DNA of 64,000 bases from Gammaproteobacteria bacterium (GCA_965243395.1 CBDEUS010000001.1:768001-832000); one strand, 5' to 3'. Shown: positions 53,478 through 63,449, counted from the first letter of the stretch. Notes: generated from the letters alone by a model not told the origin. Made by a program: numbers and translations.

Positions 53478-54002
53478 TTACTCACAATTTGCAGTAGTGA
53501 GAAAAATCTGATTTGAATCAACAACAGCAACTTTTTTGAGGAATTGTCTTCCGAGTAATATGTCATAAATATACTCAGTGCGATCCGCCAACGTGAATTC
53601 AGTGGTATACATTTGGCCGTTAAAGCAAATATCAAAATCGACTACATGTCGTTTATCGTGGATACCGTCATGATTTTTTATATTAGTTCTTCGTGAACGA
53701 GGCATGTCCATCTGAAGCTTATGAGTAATGTCCTTGTTATCAGTAAGTACTAAAGTAAATTTCACCCATCGTTTTCCATCTTTTTTATAAGATTTAATAT
53801 CTCTAGCATGTATAGATGAGGTGCGTGCACCAGTATCGAGCTTCGCTTTAACTTCGAAATTTTGGTTATCAATACGAACTTTTTCAACCCAACCTGTAAT
53901 TACCTTTGCTGGATCTTTTGCTTGTAAATTATTTGAGGTTAGTGAACTCAAGATCAGCAATAGCACAAGAAATACATTATTTTTTAGAGGGGAGATATTC
54001 AT
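53478..54002 (-). CDS. exported retropepsin-like aspartyl protease (RimB-like, 'ATP-dependent Zn protease' family)
   Basis: Signal peptide; GWVE, AKLDTGARTSSIHA, FTLADR, ILLGR. Confidence 0.9.
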   Translation of the reverse strand: MNISPLKNNVFLVLLLILSSLTSNNLQAKDPAKVITGWVEKVRIDNQNFEVKAKLDTGARTSSIHARDIKSYKKDGKRWVKFTLVLTDNKDITHKLQMDMPRSRRTNIKNHDGIHDKRHVVDFDICFNGQMYTTEFTLADRTEYIYDILLGRQFLKKVAVVDSNQIFLTTANCE

Positions 54003-54223
54003 TCGTATTTATACTTATTTTTATTAAATTACGATATTCGGTTTTTAGGGCTTGGCCAATAAATCTATATTTTGACACTTTTTAATAATAGATGGTTTTA
54101 TGCTACACAATATTGAGAATTACTATAATAATCTGTGGGGATACAGTGAAGATAAAAAGCGATAAAATTAGATCAATTGATAGCCAGTAGTTGCGTATAT
54201 AAGCGAAAAATTAAGGAATAAAG

Positions 54224-54628
54224 ATGAGTTCAATATATCGAACCGAAGATCTCGCTAAACTAATACTCCGTCTTACCGTTGGCGGATTAATGTTATTTTA
54301 TGGAATTGCAAAAATAGTCCACTTGCAAACATTGGGATTCATTAAGAATCAATTAGCTGAGATTGGAATGCATCCTGTCATTGCATATGGTGTGTACGTA
54401 GGTGAAATTGTTGCTCCTTTATTAATTATTTTGGGGATATATTGTCGTTTTGGCGGATTGCTTATAACAATTAATATGCTGTTTGCTATCGCTTTAGTTC
54501 ATATGCATGAGTTGTTGTCCTTAAACGAACATGGCGGTTGGCAACTAGAAGTACAATTCTTTTACTTAATTGGTGGGCTGCTAATTTTATTACTTGGAAG
54601 TGGTCGCTTTGCTTTTAAACCAGATTAA
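54224..54628 (+). CDS. DoxX family membrane protein
   Basis: LILRLTVGGLML..GIAK, GEIVAPLLIILG, GGWQLE, GSGRF. Confidence 0.88.
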   Translation: MSSIYRTEDLAKLILRLTVGGLMLFYGIAKIVHLQTLGFIKNQLAEIGMHPVIAYGVYVGEIVAPLLIILGIYCRFGGLLITINMLFAIALVHMHELLSLNEHGGWQLEVQFFYLIGGLLILLLGSGRFAFKPD

Positions 54629-54652
54629 TACAAATGTGTTCAAATAGGTAAG

Positions 54653-55216
54653 ATGTTCTCTTACAGCTTTGAACAATTCTTAAGGCAAGTATTTCTATTA
54701 AGCTTTTTGATCGGGTGCATGAGCTCATGTTCGCACAATGTACCTCGAGAGGAAAACATAAATAAAGCAGCACAACTTTCCAAAGATATTGCATTATTAT
54801 CATCAGAAATACCTTTTGCTGAAGCAGAGCAAACTTCGCGTACACTGATGAAAACAACGGAAAGTTTAGCTAATGAATACCGCATGGTTAGCCCGCCGCG
54901 TTACCATAATTTATTAGTTCATATGGGCATACGCAAAAGGGGACTGTGTTGCCATTGGGCAGAAGATCTGCATACAAATTTAAGAATGCTTAGTGTTAAT
55001 TCTTTAAAATTTGATTGGCTGGTAGCAAAGCAGGGTAAATTACTTGAGCACAGTAGTATTGTAATTTATCCCGCAAAATTGACGTGGAAAGAGGGTATTG
55101 TATTTGATCCGTGGCGTAAATCTGGAATTCCCTACTGGACCACTGTGAATAGTGATAGATACTCTTGGCAGCCCCATCCACTCAATGGCCAATGGAATAT
55201 ATTGCGCTGTAAATAA
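54653..55216 (+). CDS. hypothetical lipoprotein, possible papain/transglutaminase-like fold
   Basis: Lipobox-like LIGC/MSSC; GLCCHWAEDL, EHSSIV, VFDPW. Confidence 0.65.
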   Translation: MFSYSFEQFLRQVFLLSFLIGCMSSCSHNVPREENINKAAQLSKDIALLSSEIPFAEAEQTSRTLMKTTESLANEYRMVSPPRYHNLLVHMGIRKRGLCCHWAEDLHTNLRMLSVNSLKFDWLVAKQGKLLEHSSIVIYPAKLTWKEGIVFDPWRKSGIPYWTTVNSDRYSWQPHPLNGQWNILRCK

Positions 55217-55558
55217 AGACTTTTTGAGATCTTTTTAAATAAATATTCGGTATTCCATAAAATTGATAGACTCTGATCTATGTTTAGTGCATTATCTGGT
55301 TTTACAGCTGATTTATATTTTGTATTTAATCGTTTGGTCATAGCACAGTTAGATTTCATATCCGTTCTGTTCGTCTTACTTGTATTTATCTAAAGAATTC
55401 ACTGCTTATTAATTCCTCGTTTAGTTTCATATTTAGGCACTTTTAAGTTTCTCTTAGTTATGTATCCAGTTCAGACCTTGGCCTTTTTACTATCGTTAAA
55501 AATGGTGAGCTAGTTTATCGATGGTTTGTTTTTATAGTTCACATAAATAGGAGAAATA

Positions 55559-55828
55559 ATGAATATTTACGTTGGAAACTTACCTTATACTATTTCTGAA
55601 GACGAACTACGTGGTTTGTTTGAAGCACATGGTGAAGTATCAAGTGCTAATATAATTATGGACAGAGAGTCGGGCCGATCTAAAGGCTTTGGTTTCGTTG
55701 AAATGCCTGAAAAAGCTCAAGCCGAAGCTGCAATTGATGCAATAAATCAATCTGATGTTCAGGGTAGAAGTGTACGTGTAAACGAAGCTCGCCCACGTAA
55801 CGATAACCGCGGTGGTGGCCGTCGTTAA
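55559..55828 (+). CDS. RRM RNA-binding protein
   Basis: RNP2 IYVGNL, RNP1 KGFGFVEM, Gly/Arg tail; AGGAG RBS. Confidence 0.95.
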   Translation: MNIYVGNLPYTISEDELRGLFEAHGEVSSANIIMDRESGRSKGFGFVEMPEKAQAEAAIDAINQSDVQGRSVRVNEARPRNDNRGGGRR

Positions 55829-55940
55829 AGGTAAATTTAAATTTTACGCTAATACAGTATGTAAAATTTGATGGAACCCTTTAAACGGGTAAACAAGTAG
55901 GGTATTCGAAGAAGGGAAGCGTATTTCAAGTGATGTTAAA

Positions 55941-55980
55941 TAAGTGAGGCGCCTATGTGCAATACATAAACGCCCACTTA
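55941..55980 (-). terminator. hairpin terminator between convergent genes
   Basis: Minus strand taagtgggcgtttatgt-attgc-acataggcgcctcactta then ttt; G-U pairs form on the minus strand. Confidence 0.55.
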
Positions 55981-55992
55981 AGACATTTGTCT

Positions 55993-56262
55993 TTATTTAG
56001 ACATCATGCTTTTAATAAGACCTACAACGATCATCACGATACCGCCACCTCCGGCAGCTGCACCAACATCGCCCAGCATTCCGCTTCCAAGCATTGCACC
56101 AATTGTATCACCTAGGAAATGGCCACTAAGGCCGCCTCCTACGAGACCAGCAACGGTGTTGCCTAAAAATCCAAGGCTTAATTTTTTAGCAAGAGCTCCA
56201 ATTACGTTTCCACCGACAGCACCACTGACGAGCTGAATAATTAGGGGCATAAGTGCTTCCAT
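55993..56262 (-). CDS. small Gly-rich membrane protein
   Basis: IIQLVSGAVGGNVIG...GLVGGGLSG...GGGGIVM with GxxxG repeats; GGAGGA RBS. Confidence 0.8.
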   Translation of the reverse strand: MEALMPLIIQLVSGAVGGNVIGALAKKLSLGFLGNTVAGLVGGGLSGHFLGDTIGAMLGSGMLGDVGAAAGGGGIVMIVVGLIKSMMSK

Positions 56263-56510
56263 AAGATCTTCCTCCCAAAGATTATTATTTTTAGCGGCAG
56301 TTTTTTGACTACCTATATTTTTATTGTTCTAAGACTGTAGTGGACTCTAGGAAACTTGGGAAGCACTATTTTGGTTCAAAGCTGTAATCAAATCTTCAAA
56401 ATATTATATCTAACAGCTAGTTATATATAGTATTTAAGGTGATTTAGATGATCATATACAGTGCAAAATAGCTAAATAACCGTTCTTTTAGTAGCTGCAT
56501 TCTTAATCTT

Positions 56511-58547
56511 TTATGAACGATTAACTAAGCTTTGCCATCCTGGATCTGGTTCATAACGCTTTCCATATTGACCATGTAAGGATTCTAAAGTCTCAAGCAA
56601 TGCACCCGCACCTTTAGATTCAATATAGTTGATGGGGCCTCCTTCAAACGGTGCAAAACCAGTACCGAAGATCACACCTGCATCAAGATGGTCCTTATCT
56701 GCGACAACTTTTTCACGTAAGCATGCGACCGCTTCATTTAAAAATCTCAAAATCAGTCGATTTTGAATGTAATCAATGTTTTCTGTTGATGATTTAGATT
56801 TTGGATTAACTTTTTTGCCTTTTTTCCAAGTGTAAAAACCTTGACCTGTTTTTCTACCAAGGTTATTTGCTTCTACTAAGGTTTTAAAAGAATTGGGTAA
56901 ATTATAATTATAGGCTTGGCTTAGTAATTCACCCACATGCAGTCCTATATCGAGTCCTACCGTATCAGCCAGTTCAACGGGCCCCATTGGCATTCCAAAT
57001 TTCTTTGCAGCTTGGTCAATTGCTGTAATTGAAGTGCCTGTGTCATATAGTAAACCAGCTTCTACCATGTAAGGCGTCAAAATACGATTAACTAAAAAAC
57101 CTGGAGAACTTTTAGTAGGTAGAGGCAATTTGCCAATTTGTTTTGCGAAATTAATTGCTCGCTGGGATATCACTGGATTGGTTTCTTTGCCGTTGACTAT
57201 TTCAATGAGCGGCATTTTGGTAACAGGATTGAAAAAATGCAGGCCAACTAACCGTGTTGGATCTGATATTGCGTCACATAGTTGCTCGATCTCAATACTG
57301 GATGTATTTGTAGTGATTAATGCATCTTTTTTCAGCTTCGGTTCAATGGAAGCGTATAAATTGCGTTTTACATCTTTATTTTCAAAAATTGCCTCAATGA
57401 CGACATCCGCTTTCGATATGCCATTACCTTTAATGTCTAGAATGAATCGATCCATAGCGCCTTTGATTAATAGACGTTTTTTGAGGCGTTTTTTGAAATA
57501 TTCATAAGCTCGATTTTTTGCACGCGCTAAGCTTTCAGCTTTTAAGTCTTGCAAGGTGACTTGTAAACCTTGTGACACACACCATGTGGCTATATCTCCA
57601 CCCATGACGCCCGCGCCGATAATATGTACGTGTTTAACTTTGTCCGCATTTTCACTTGCGAGAGATTTCAACTCATCCTGTAATAAAAACACCCTCACCA
57701 AATTTTTTGTTGTTTTGTTTGTGCTGAGTTGTGCTACCGATTCAGCTTCTTGTTGTAAAAAATCAGGTTCATCGCCATAGTTTTTAAGCCAATGCTCGAT
57801 AATTGCGTAAGGAGCAGGGTAATGTTCAGGTTTTGCCTTTTTTGCTACTTGTTTACGCATTTGCATGGCAACAAGCGGGCGTACTAATCTACTATTTAAT
57901 AATTTAGAAATTCTAGGAGCTTGTCTTTTCTTAGGTGTACTCAGCAGCATCTTATTGGCAACGTTATTTAATAAACGCTGCGGAACTGCTTCATCAATTA
58001 AACCTATTTTTTTTGCATAGCTTGTACTGACGCTTCGACCTGTCAACATCATGTCCATCGCAACAAGAGGGTTAACATGTCTTAAAATTCGAACAGTCCC
58101 TCCATAGCCTGGATGTATCCCTAATCTGACTTCCGGGAGTGATAAACGTGTTTTAGGGTCTTCTAGAGCGATGCGATAATCACAGGCTAAAGCCATTTCC
58201 AGTCCACCACCCATGCAAAAGCCATTAATGACTGCAATTGTTGGGCAGGGAATTTTGTCTAGTTGATTAAAAACAGACTGACCGTATTGAACCAGCTCAA
58301 GTGCTTCTTGGTGGTTGGTGATTTTGGTAAATTCTTTAACATCTGCACCTGCAATAAAGCCTTTGTCTTTCAACGAAGTTAAAGCAATACCTTCAGGAAG
58401 ATTTTTTGAATAGTGTACAAGTATTTGATTTAATTCTGAGAGTACTGCGGTAGATACTACATTGGCACTTGCACCTTCAACATCCATACCTAACCAGGCA
58501 ATTCCCGTCGGGTGTTCTTCAATTTTCCAATGTTGATAGTCTTGCAT
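56511..58547 (-). CDS. fadJ: fatty acid oxidation complex alpha subunit (enoyl-CoA hydratase / 3-hydroxyacyl-CoA dehydrogenase)
   Basis: FIAGAD, GGGLEMALAC, GAGVMG, TNTSS, GLHFFNP. Confidence 0.88.
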   Translation of the reverse strand: MQDYQHWKIEEHPTGIAWLGMDVEGASANVVSTAVLSELNQILVHYSKNLPEGIALTSLKDKGFIAGADVKEFTKITNHQEALELVQYGQSVFNQLDKIPCPTIAVINGFCMGGGLEMALACDYRIALEDPKTRLSLPEVRLGIHPGYGGTVRILRHVNPLVAMDMMLTGRSVSTSYAKKIGLIDEAVPQRLLNNVANKMLLSTPKKRQAPRISKLLNSRLVRPLVAMQMRKQVAKKAKPEHYPAPYAIIEHWLKNYGDEPDFLQQEAESVAQLSTNKTTKNLVRVFLLQDELKSLASENADKVKHVHIIGAGVMGGDIATWCVSQGLQVTLQDLKAESLARAKNRAYEYFKKRLKKRLLIKGAMDRFILDIKGNGISKADVVIEAIFENKDVKRNLYASIEPKLKKDALITTNTSSIEIEQLCDAISDPTRLVGLHFFNPVTKMPLIEIVNGKETNPVISQRAINFAKQIGKLPLPTKSSPGFLVNRILTPYMVEAGLLYDTGTSITAIDQAAKKFGMPMGPVELADTVGLDIGLHVGELLSQAYNYNLPNSFKTLVEANNLGRKTGQGFYTWKKGKKVNPKSKSSTENIDYIQNRLILRFLNEAVACLREKVVADKDHLDAGVIFGTGFAPFEGGPINYIESKGAGALLETLESLHGQYGKRYEPDPGWQSLVNRS

Positions 58548-58553
58548 GAGTAC

Positions 58554-59843
58554 TTACTGCAAGTTTTCGACTAGTATTGCCCCACCTTGGCCACCGCCAA
58601 TGCAAATCGTAGCAACACCCAGTTTTGCTTTGCTTCGTTGTAAAACATTTAAAATGTGGTGAACAATACGGGTTCCACTCGCTCCTACAGGATGCCCCAT
58701 GCTGATAGCACCACCATCGACGTTTAAGTTCTGATGTGGCACTTCACCGAAGGCTTTGTCTAAACCTAAGTGCTCTTGACAATACTTAGCATCTTTCCAC
58801 GCAGCCATACAGGCTAGAACTTGAGCTGCGAAAGCTTCATTGAGTTCCCAGTATTCAATGTCATTTGCAGTTAAATTATGTTCGCGCAACATGGGTACAG
58901 TGGAATGCACCGGACCTAATCCCATATGCCTTGGGTCTAAGGCAGCCCAATTAGAGGCTATTAACCTACCCATTACACTAAGATTGTGTTTTCTTACTGC
59001 TTGTTCACTGGCCAGAATGACCCATGCTGCACCATCAGTAATTTGTGCGCTATTACCTGCAGTAACGTTCCCATGTTTTTTATCAAATACAGGTTTTAGT
59101 TTGGCAAGTTTTTCCATACTAGAATCAGGGCGCACACCATCATCTTTATCATAAGCTTTGCCTTTATCGTCATATACAACTTCCATTTCGTTTTCAAAAA
59201 TTCTATTTTCTTGCGCTTGCACCAAACGCATATGGCTCTCTACTGCGAACTGATCCATCTCTTCGCGTGTGATATTAAATTTATGTGCAAGATTTTCAGC
59301 AGTTTGTCCCATTGATAGTCCAACTACCGGATCAGTAAGGCCTTTTAATAATCCAATCACAGGCGCAAAAAACTTCGGTCTCAAATTAGCGACTGTTTTA
59401 ATTTTTTGCATGGGTGATTTAGCGGCATTCATATCCGCTAACCAATTCACCATATGATGATTATAGAGGACAGGAGAGTGACTCATGGCTTCAGCGCCAC
59501 CAGCCAATACCATGTCAGACTTGCCAAGCAAAATATTTGCAAATGCTGAATCAACAGCCTGCATTCCGGATGCGCAATTGCGTTGTACTGTCCATGCAGG
59601 AACTTTATCGCCACAGCCTAAACGCAGGCTTATTACGCGTGCAATATTTACCTCGTCTGCGCTTGGTCCTACACAGCCAACAATTACTTCATCCAGTTCT
59701 TCAGGTGCAAAGGGCTGGCGCATGAGTAGCGGGTTAGCAGCTTGCACAGCGAGATCTGAAGCCTGAAAAGGGCCAGGTCTCCCTCGTGCTTTCAAAAATG
59801 GAGAACGACTACCATCAACGACATATACGCTATTTGTACTCAT
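58554..59843 (-). CDS. fadI: acetyl-CoA C-acyltransferase (thiolase)
   Basis: RNCASG, NEAFA, GHPVGASG, CIGGGQG; upstream of fadJ. Confidence 0.85.
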   Translation of the reverse strand: MSTNSVYVVDGSRSPFLKARGRPGPFQASDLAVQAANPLLMRQPFAPEELDEVIVGCVGPSADEVNIARVISLRLGCGDKVPAWTVQRNCASGMQAVDSAFANILLGKSDMVLAGGAEAMSHSPVLYNHHMVNWLADMNAAKSPMQKIKTVANLRPKFFAPVIGLLKGLTDPVVGLSMGQTAENLAHKFNITREEMDQFAVESHMRLVQAQENRIFENEMEVVYDDKGKAYDKDDGVRPDSSMEKLAKLKPVFDKKHGNVTAGNSAQITDGAAWVILASEQAVRKHNLSVMGRLIASNWAALDPRHMGLGPVHSTVPMLREHNLTANDIEYWELNEAFAAQVLACMAAWKDAKYCQEHLGLDKAFGEVPHQNLNVDGGAISMGHPVGASGTRIVHHILNVLQRSKAKLGVATICIGGGQGGAILVENLQ

Positions 59844-60107
59844 TTAGACCTCAGTGTACGTTAGGACTTCATCAAGCTAAAGTTTTTACAAGTTAAAGTA
59901 GTTTCTAGCTTTAGCATCTTTATTTACATCAATCACATAAGTACATTTTTTAAGCAGTAGATTGGTTTTTGTTTCATGTGAAGCATAAATAAAGTAGTTT
60001 TTTGTTCGTATATGACCATTGAAAATGCAATATGACTTTCAATCATGTTGCACGTATTTTGAAAATTATTTTTTGAACTTTCAGTTCAGACAAACAGGAA
60101 CAGCACA

Positions 60108-61466
60108 TTGGCTTCGTTAACACAATCAGAAGAACTTAAAAGGCGAGATTTAGACAACATTTGGCATCCGTGTACGCAAATGAAAGATCATGAGCGTCTG
60201 CCGATGACACCAATCAAGAAAGCTAAGGGGGTGTGGTTAGAAGATTTTGATGGAAATCGGTATATCGATGCCATCAGCTCCTGGTGGGTCAATTTATTTG
60301 GCCATGCAAATGAAACAATTAGTCATTCCATAAAACAACAGCTTGATCAAATGGAGCATGTGCTTTTAGCAGGGTTTTCTCATGAAGCAGTAATAAAACT
60401 TTCTGAACAACTCGTGGAGATCACGCCTGAACCATTGCAAAAGTGCTTTTACGCTGACAATGGCTCTTCAGCGATAGAAGTAGCTCTGAAAATGAGTTTT
60501 CACTATTGGAAAAATACGGGTAAATCTAAAAAGAGCAAATTCGTCAATTTAAGTAATTCCTATCACGGTGAAACCATCGGTGCCTTGTCTTTGGGTGATG
60601 TCGCCCTCTACAAAGAAGTCTACGAGCCACTGCTGTTAGATGTCATTACAGTGCCGAGTCCGGATAGCTACAACCGGGAGCAGGGTGAGACTCAAGCTGA
60701 TTATGCAAAGCGCATGTTTGTGCATATGGAACAGACGTTAGAACAAAATCATGAAGAAGTTTGTGCCGTAGTAGTAGAGCCGCTAGTGCAATGCGCTGGG
60801 TATATGCGCATGTATGCGCCAGAATATCTCACTCTCCTTAGAGACGCTTGTGATCGATATGGTGTACATCTGATAGCTGATGAAATTGCCGTAGGTTTTG
60901 GCAGAACGGGTACTTTGTTCGCTTGCGAGCAAGCCAACATCAGCCCTGACTATATGTGCCTTTCAAAAGGCTTAACTGGAGGCTATTTACCACTTTCTGT
61001 GGTGCTGACAACAAATTCCATCTATGACGCATTTTATGACGAATATGAAAATCTCACGGCTTTTCTGCATTCGCATAGCTATACCGGTAATCCACTCGGT
61101 TGTGCAGCTGCACTTGGCACACTTGAAATATTTAATACTCAAGACGTGATTGGTGCAAACCGCAAATTGAGCCAAGAGTTTGCCAAACAATGTGAACGAT
61201 TTATGGATCATCCACATGTTGGTGATATTCGCCAACATGGCATGATCACCGCAGTTGAAATGGTAAAAGATAAAGCCAGTAAAGAATCGTATCCATGGCA
61301 GGAACGAAGGGGTTTGGAAGTTTATAAATATGGTTTAAAAAATGGTGCGTTATTGAGACCATTGGGCGATGTCATTTACTTTATGCCACCCTATGTAATC
61401 ACCCCAGAAGAAATTAAGATGCTGGTGGATATCGCCGAACAAGGTATAGAAAATGCAGTCGGTTGA
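60108..61466 (+). CDS. bioA: adenosylmethionine-8-amino-7-oxononanoate aminotransferase
   Basis: IWHPCTQM, SSWWVN, YHGET, DEIAVGFGRTG, SKGLTGG. Confidence 0.93.
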   Translation: MASLTQSEELKRRDLDNIWHPCTQMKDHERLPMTPIKKAKGVWLEDFDGNRYIDAISSWWVNLFGHANETISHSIKQQLDQMEHVLLAGFSHEAVIKLSEQLVEITPEPLQKCFYADNGSSAIEVALKMSFHYWKNTGKSKKSKFVNLSNSYHGETIGALSLGDVALYKEVYEPLLLDVITVPSPDSYNREQGETQADYAKRMFVHMEQTLEQNHEEVCAVVVEPLVQCAGYMRMYAPEYLTLLRDACDRYGVHLIADEIAVGFGRTGTLFACEQANISPDYMCLSKGLTGGYLPLSVVLTTNSIYDAFYDEYENLTAFLHSHSYTGNPLGCAAALGTLEIFNTQDVIGANRKLSQEFAKQCERFMDHPHVGDIRQHGMITAVEMVKDKASKESYPWQERRGLEVYKYGLKNGALLRPLGDVIYFMPPYVITPEEIKMLVDIAEQGIENAVG

Positions 61467-61527
61467 ACATATGGATGTGTGCATTAAAGCGGCGTCTTCG
61501 ATGACGCGTACAGGTTAGAGTTAAATT

Positions 61528-61803
61528 ATGAAAATAATAATTAAATATCTTGCTAAACCTCAGCATAAAGACTCACTAGAAAAATCACTTCGTTCAATTA
61601 TTGGTATTACCCGTAAAGCACATGGTTGTGTTCAATGTGACTTACATCCTTCACTAGACAATCGACTTGTGTTTTTTTTCGATCAACTCTGGGACAACGA
61701 AAAGAATTGGGTGGATTATTTAGAGAGAAAACATATGCAGGAATTTTCAAACCAAACAGAAGCGATGATTGACACAATTGATGTATGCGTGTCAGAGCAT
61801 TGA
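61528..61803 (+). CDS. antibiotic biosynthesis monooxygenase (ABM) family protein
   Basis: AKP...TRKAHGCVQCDLH...W...HMQEF pattern. Confidence 0.75.
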   Translation: MKIIIKYLAKPQHKDSLEKSLRSIIGITRKAHGCVQCDLHPSLDNRLVFFFDQLWDNEKNWVDYLERKHMQEFSNQTEAMIDTIDVCVSEH

Positions 61804-61866
61804 TAAAGCTATTGACATCTATTTGTCCAAGGCAGACATTTATGGAAAAACCTAAGAGGTAGAACG

Positions 61867-62265
61867 ATGAATTCAGCTTCAGAAGCAGTTAAAGCTTATT
61901 TTGATGCATGGGATAGTCATAATACTGATGCAATTTTAGATACGCTCACGCCAGATGGTACATATAGCGACCCAGTGGGTGGTGAAAATTTATCGGGCCA
62001 GGCGTATGCGGATTATGCAAATTCACTATTTGCAGCATTCCCTGACCTGAAATTAGAATTAATCAGTAACATTGTAGCCAGTAACGGTATGGTTGCTGCT
62101 CCCTGGCTGTTATTTGGAACACATAAAGGCCCTGTAGGTGATTTTCAGCCAACTAATAGAGCAATTACTTTACCTGGATGTGACTTTATTACTGTTGAAA
62201 ATGGGAAAGTTAAAAAAGTCAGAGGATATTTTGACCCGGAATATTTATTTAAACAGTTGAAGTAA
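61867..62265 (+). CDS. SnoaL-like / ester cyclase (NTF2-fold) protein
   Basis: YFDAW, AAFPDL, GTHKG, GCDFITVENGKV...YFD. Confidence 0.85.
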   Translation: MNSASEAVKAYFDAWDSHNTDAILDTLTPDGTYSDPVGGENLSGQAYADYANSLFAAFPDLKLELISNIVASNGMVAAPWLLFGTHKGPVGDFQPTNRAITLPGCDFITVENGKVKKVRGYFDPEYLFKQLK

Positions 62266-62504
62266 TAATAATGGTATTAGCTATGTCTGGTTCTATATGC
62301 AGAATATTGTTCCCTACAATTCCTACACGTTTGTCATCCATGGCGATCGAAATGGACAGTAATTAAATGGCATATAAAACAATATTGGCACTTGGATATC
62401 AGATAGATAATTTGAGCGAAATAAAAACATTAAAAAAATTAAATTGAAGATTGAGATCTTTATAAGTAATACAAATTAAAAAATAATTAAAAAAAGAGGT
62501 TGCT

Positions 62505-63365
62505 ATGAAAAGAGATACAATATTAATGGGAGCCGCCAACTTTGGTCCAGGTGCCGTAACGATCTGGGATGGCTTTAGAGCATGGTTCAATAAGAAAGGT
62601 CTTCCTTTCGAATATATCTTGTATAACACCTATGATCGTCAGATCTCGGAACTATTGCTGGGTCATATCGATGTTGCATGGAACGATCCAGGTGGATGGA
62701 TCCGTAGTCAGAGAACGGCAGAATCAGAAGGTAGGAATGCAGAAGCGCTGGTTATGCGTGATGCTGATTTCGATGTTGCTAGCGTTCTCGCAGTTCGTTC
62801 TGATAGTGATTTCCAAAGCCTGGCTGACCTTAAAGGTGCGACCATTGCCGTAGGTAACCCCAATTCAGTTGAATCAACTATGCTTCCTGTATTCGCAATG
62901 AAGGAAGCAGGTTTGGAACCTGGAAGAGATTACAAACTCCTCGTGTGTGGATCGTCAAATAACGGCTACCGCCCATGGATTATGGATGGTGAAGTAGCTG
63001 CAGCAAAAGCAGTAGCGGAAGGTAAAGCCGATGCAGCTGGCTTGGCTGAGGCCAATTATCAAGGATTTGGTAATGACGGTACATTCTCCGCTGATGACAT
63101 GCGAGTATTAGAGTTCACGCCAAAATACGACCATTGTAATTTGACTTATCTTGAGTCACCCAACTCAGCGCCAAGGGAACTGATCGATCGCATGACGGAA
63201 CTCTTTCTTGAGATGTCTTACGATGATCCCGAGTTGCAACCTTATATGGAACTAGAATACGTCAAGCAGTGGAAACCTGGGCGGACAACGCATTATGAGT
63301 CTATTGATCGTGCCTGGGATTTTAATGAGTCGTTGTCTCAGGATATTTTGAAACCTGCTGTATAG
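62505..63365 (+). CDS. PhnD-like phosphate/phosphonate substrate-binding fold protein, no signal peptide
   Basis: TIWDGFRAWF..KGLPFEYILY..YDRQ...GHIDVAWN, DLKGATIAVG, GKADAA, YDHCN. Confidence 0.8.
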   Translation: MKRDTILMGAANFGPGAVTIWDGFRAWFNKKGLPFEYILYNTYDRQISELLLGHIDVAWNDPGGWIRSQRTAESEGRNAEALVMRDADFDVASVLAVRSDSDFQSLADLKGATIAVGNPNSVESTMLPVFAMKEAGLEPGRDYKLLVCGSSNNGYRPWIMDGEVAAAKAVAEGKADAAGLAEANYQGFGNDGTFSADDMRVLEFTPKYDHCNLTYLESPNSAPRELIDRMTELFLEMSYDDPELQPYMELEYVKQWKPGRTTHYESIDRAWDFNESLSQDILKPAV

Positions 63366-63449
63366 CACGATAAAAAAATGATGTAACGAACGTTTCGAAT
63401 TAAGACTGGCCTTAATATAGAGGTTTGGGTTTTACGCATTGCTTAATTG

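Noticed and set aside
55132-55359. 75-aa minus-strand ORF downstream of the lipoprotein
   Set aside because: Overlaps the lipoprotein 3' end in antisense; no RBS or motif.
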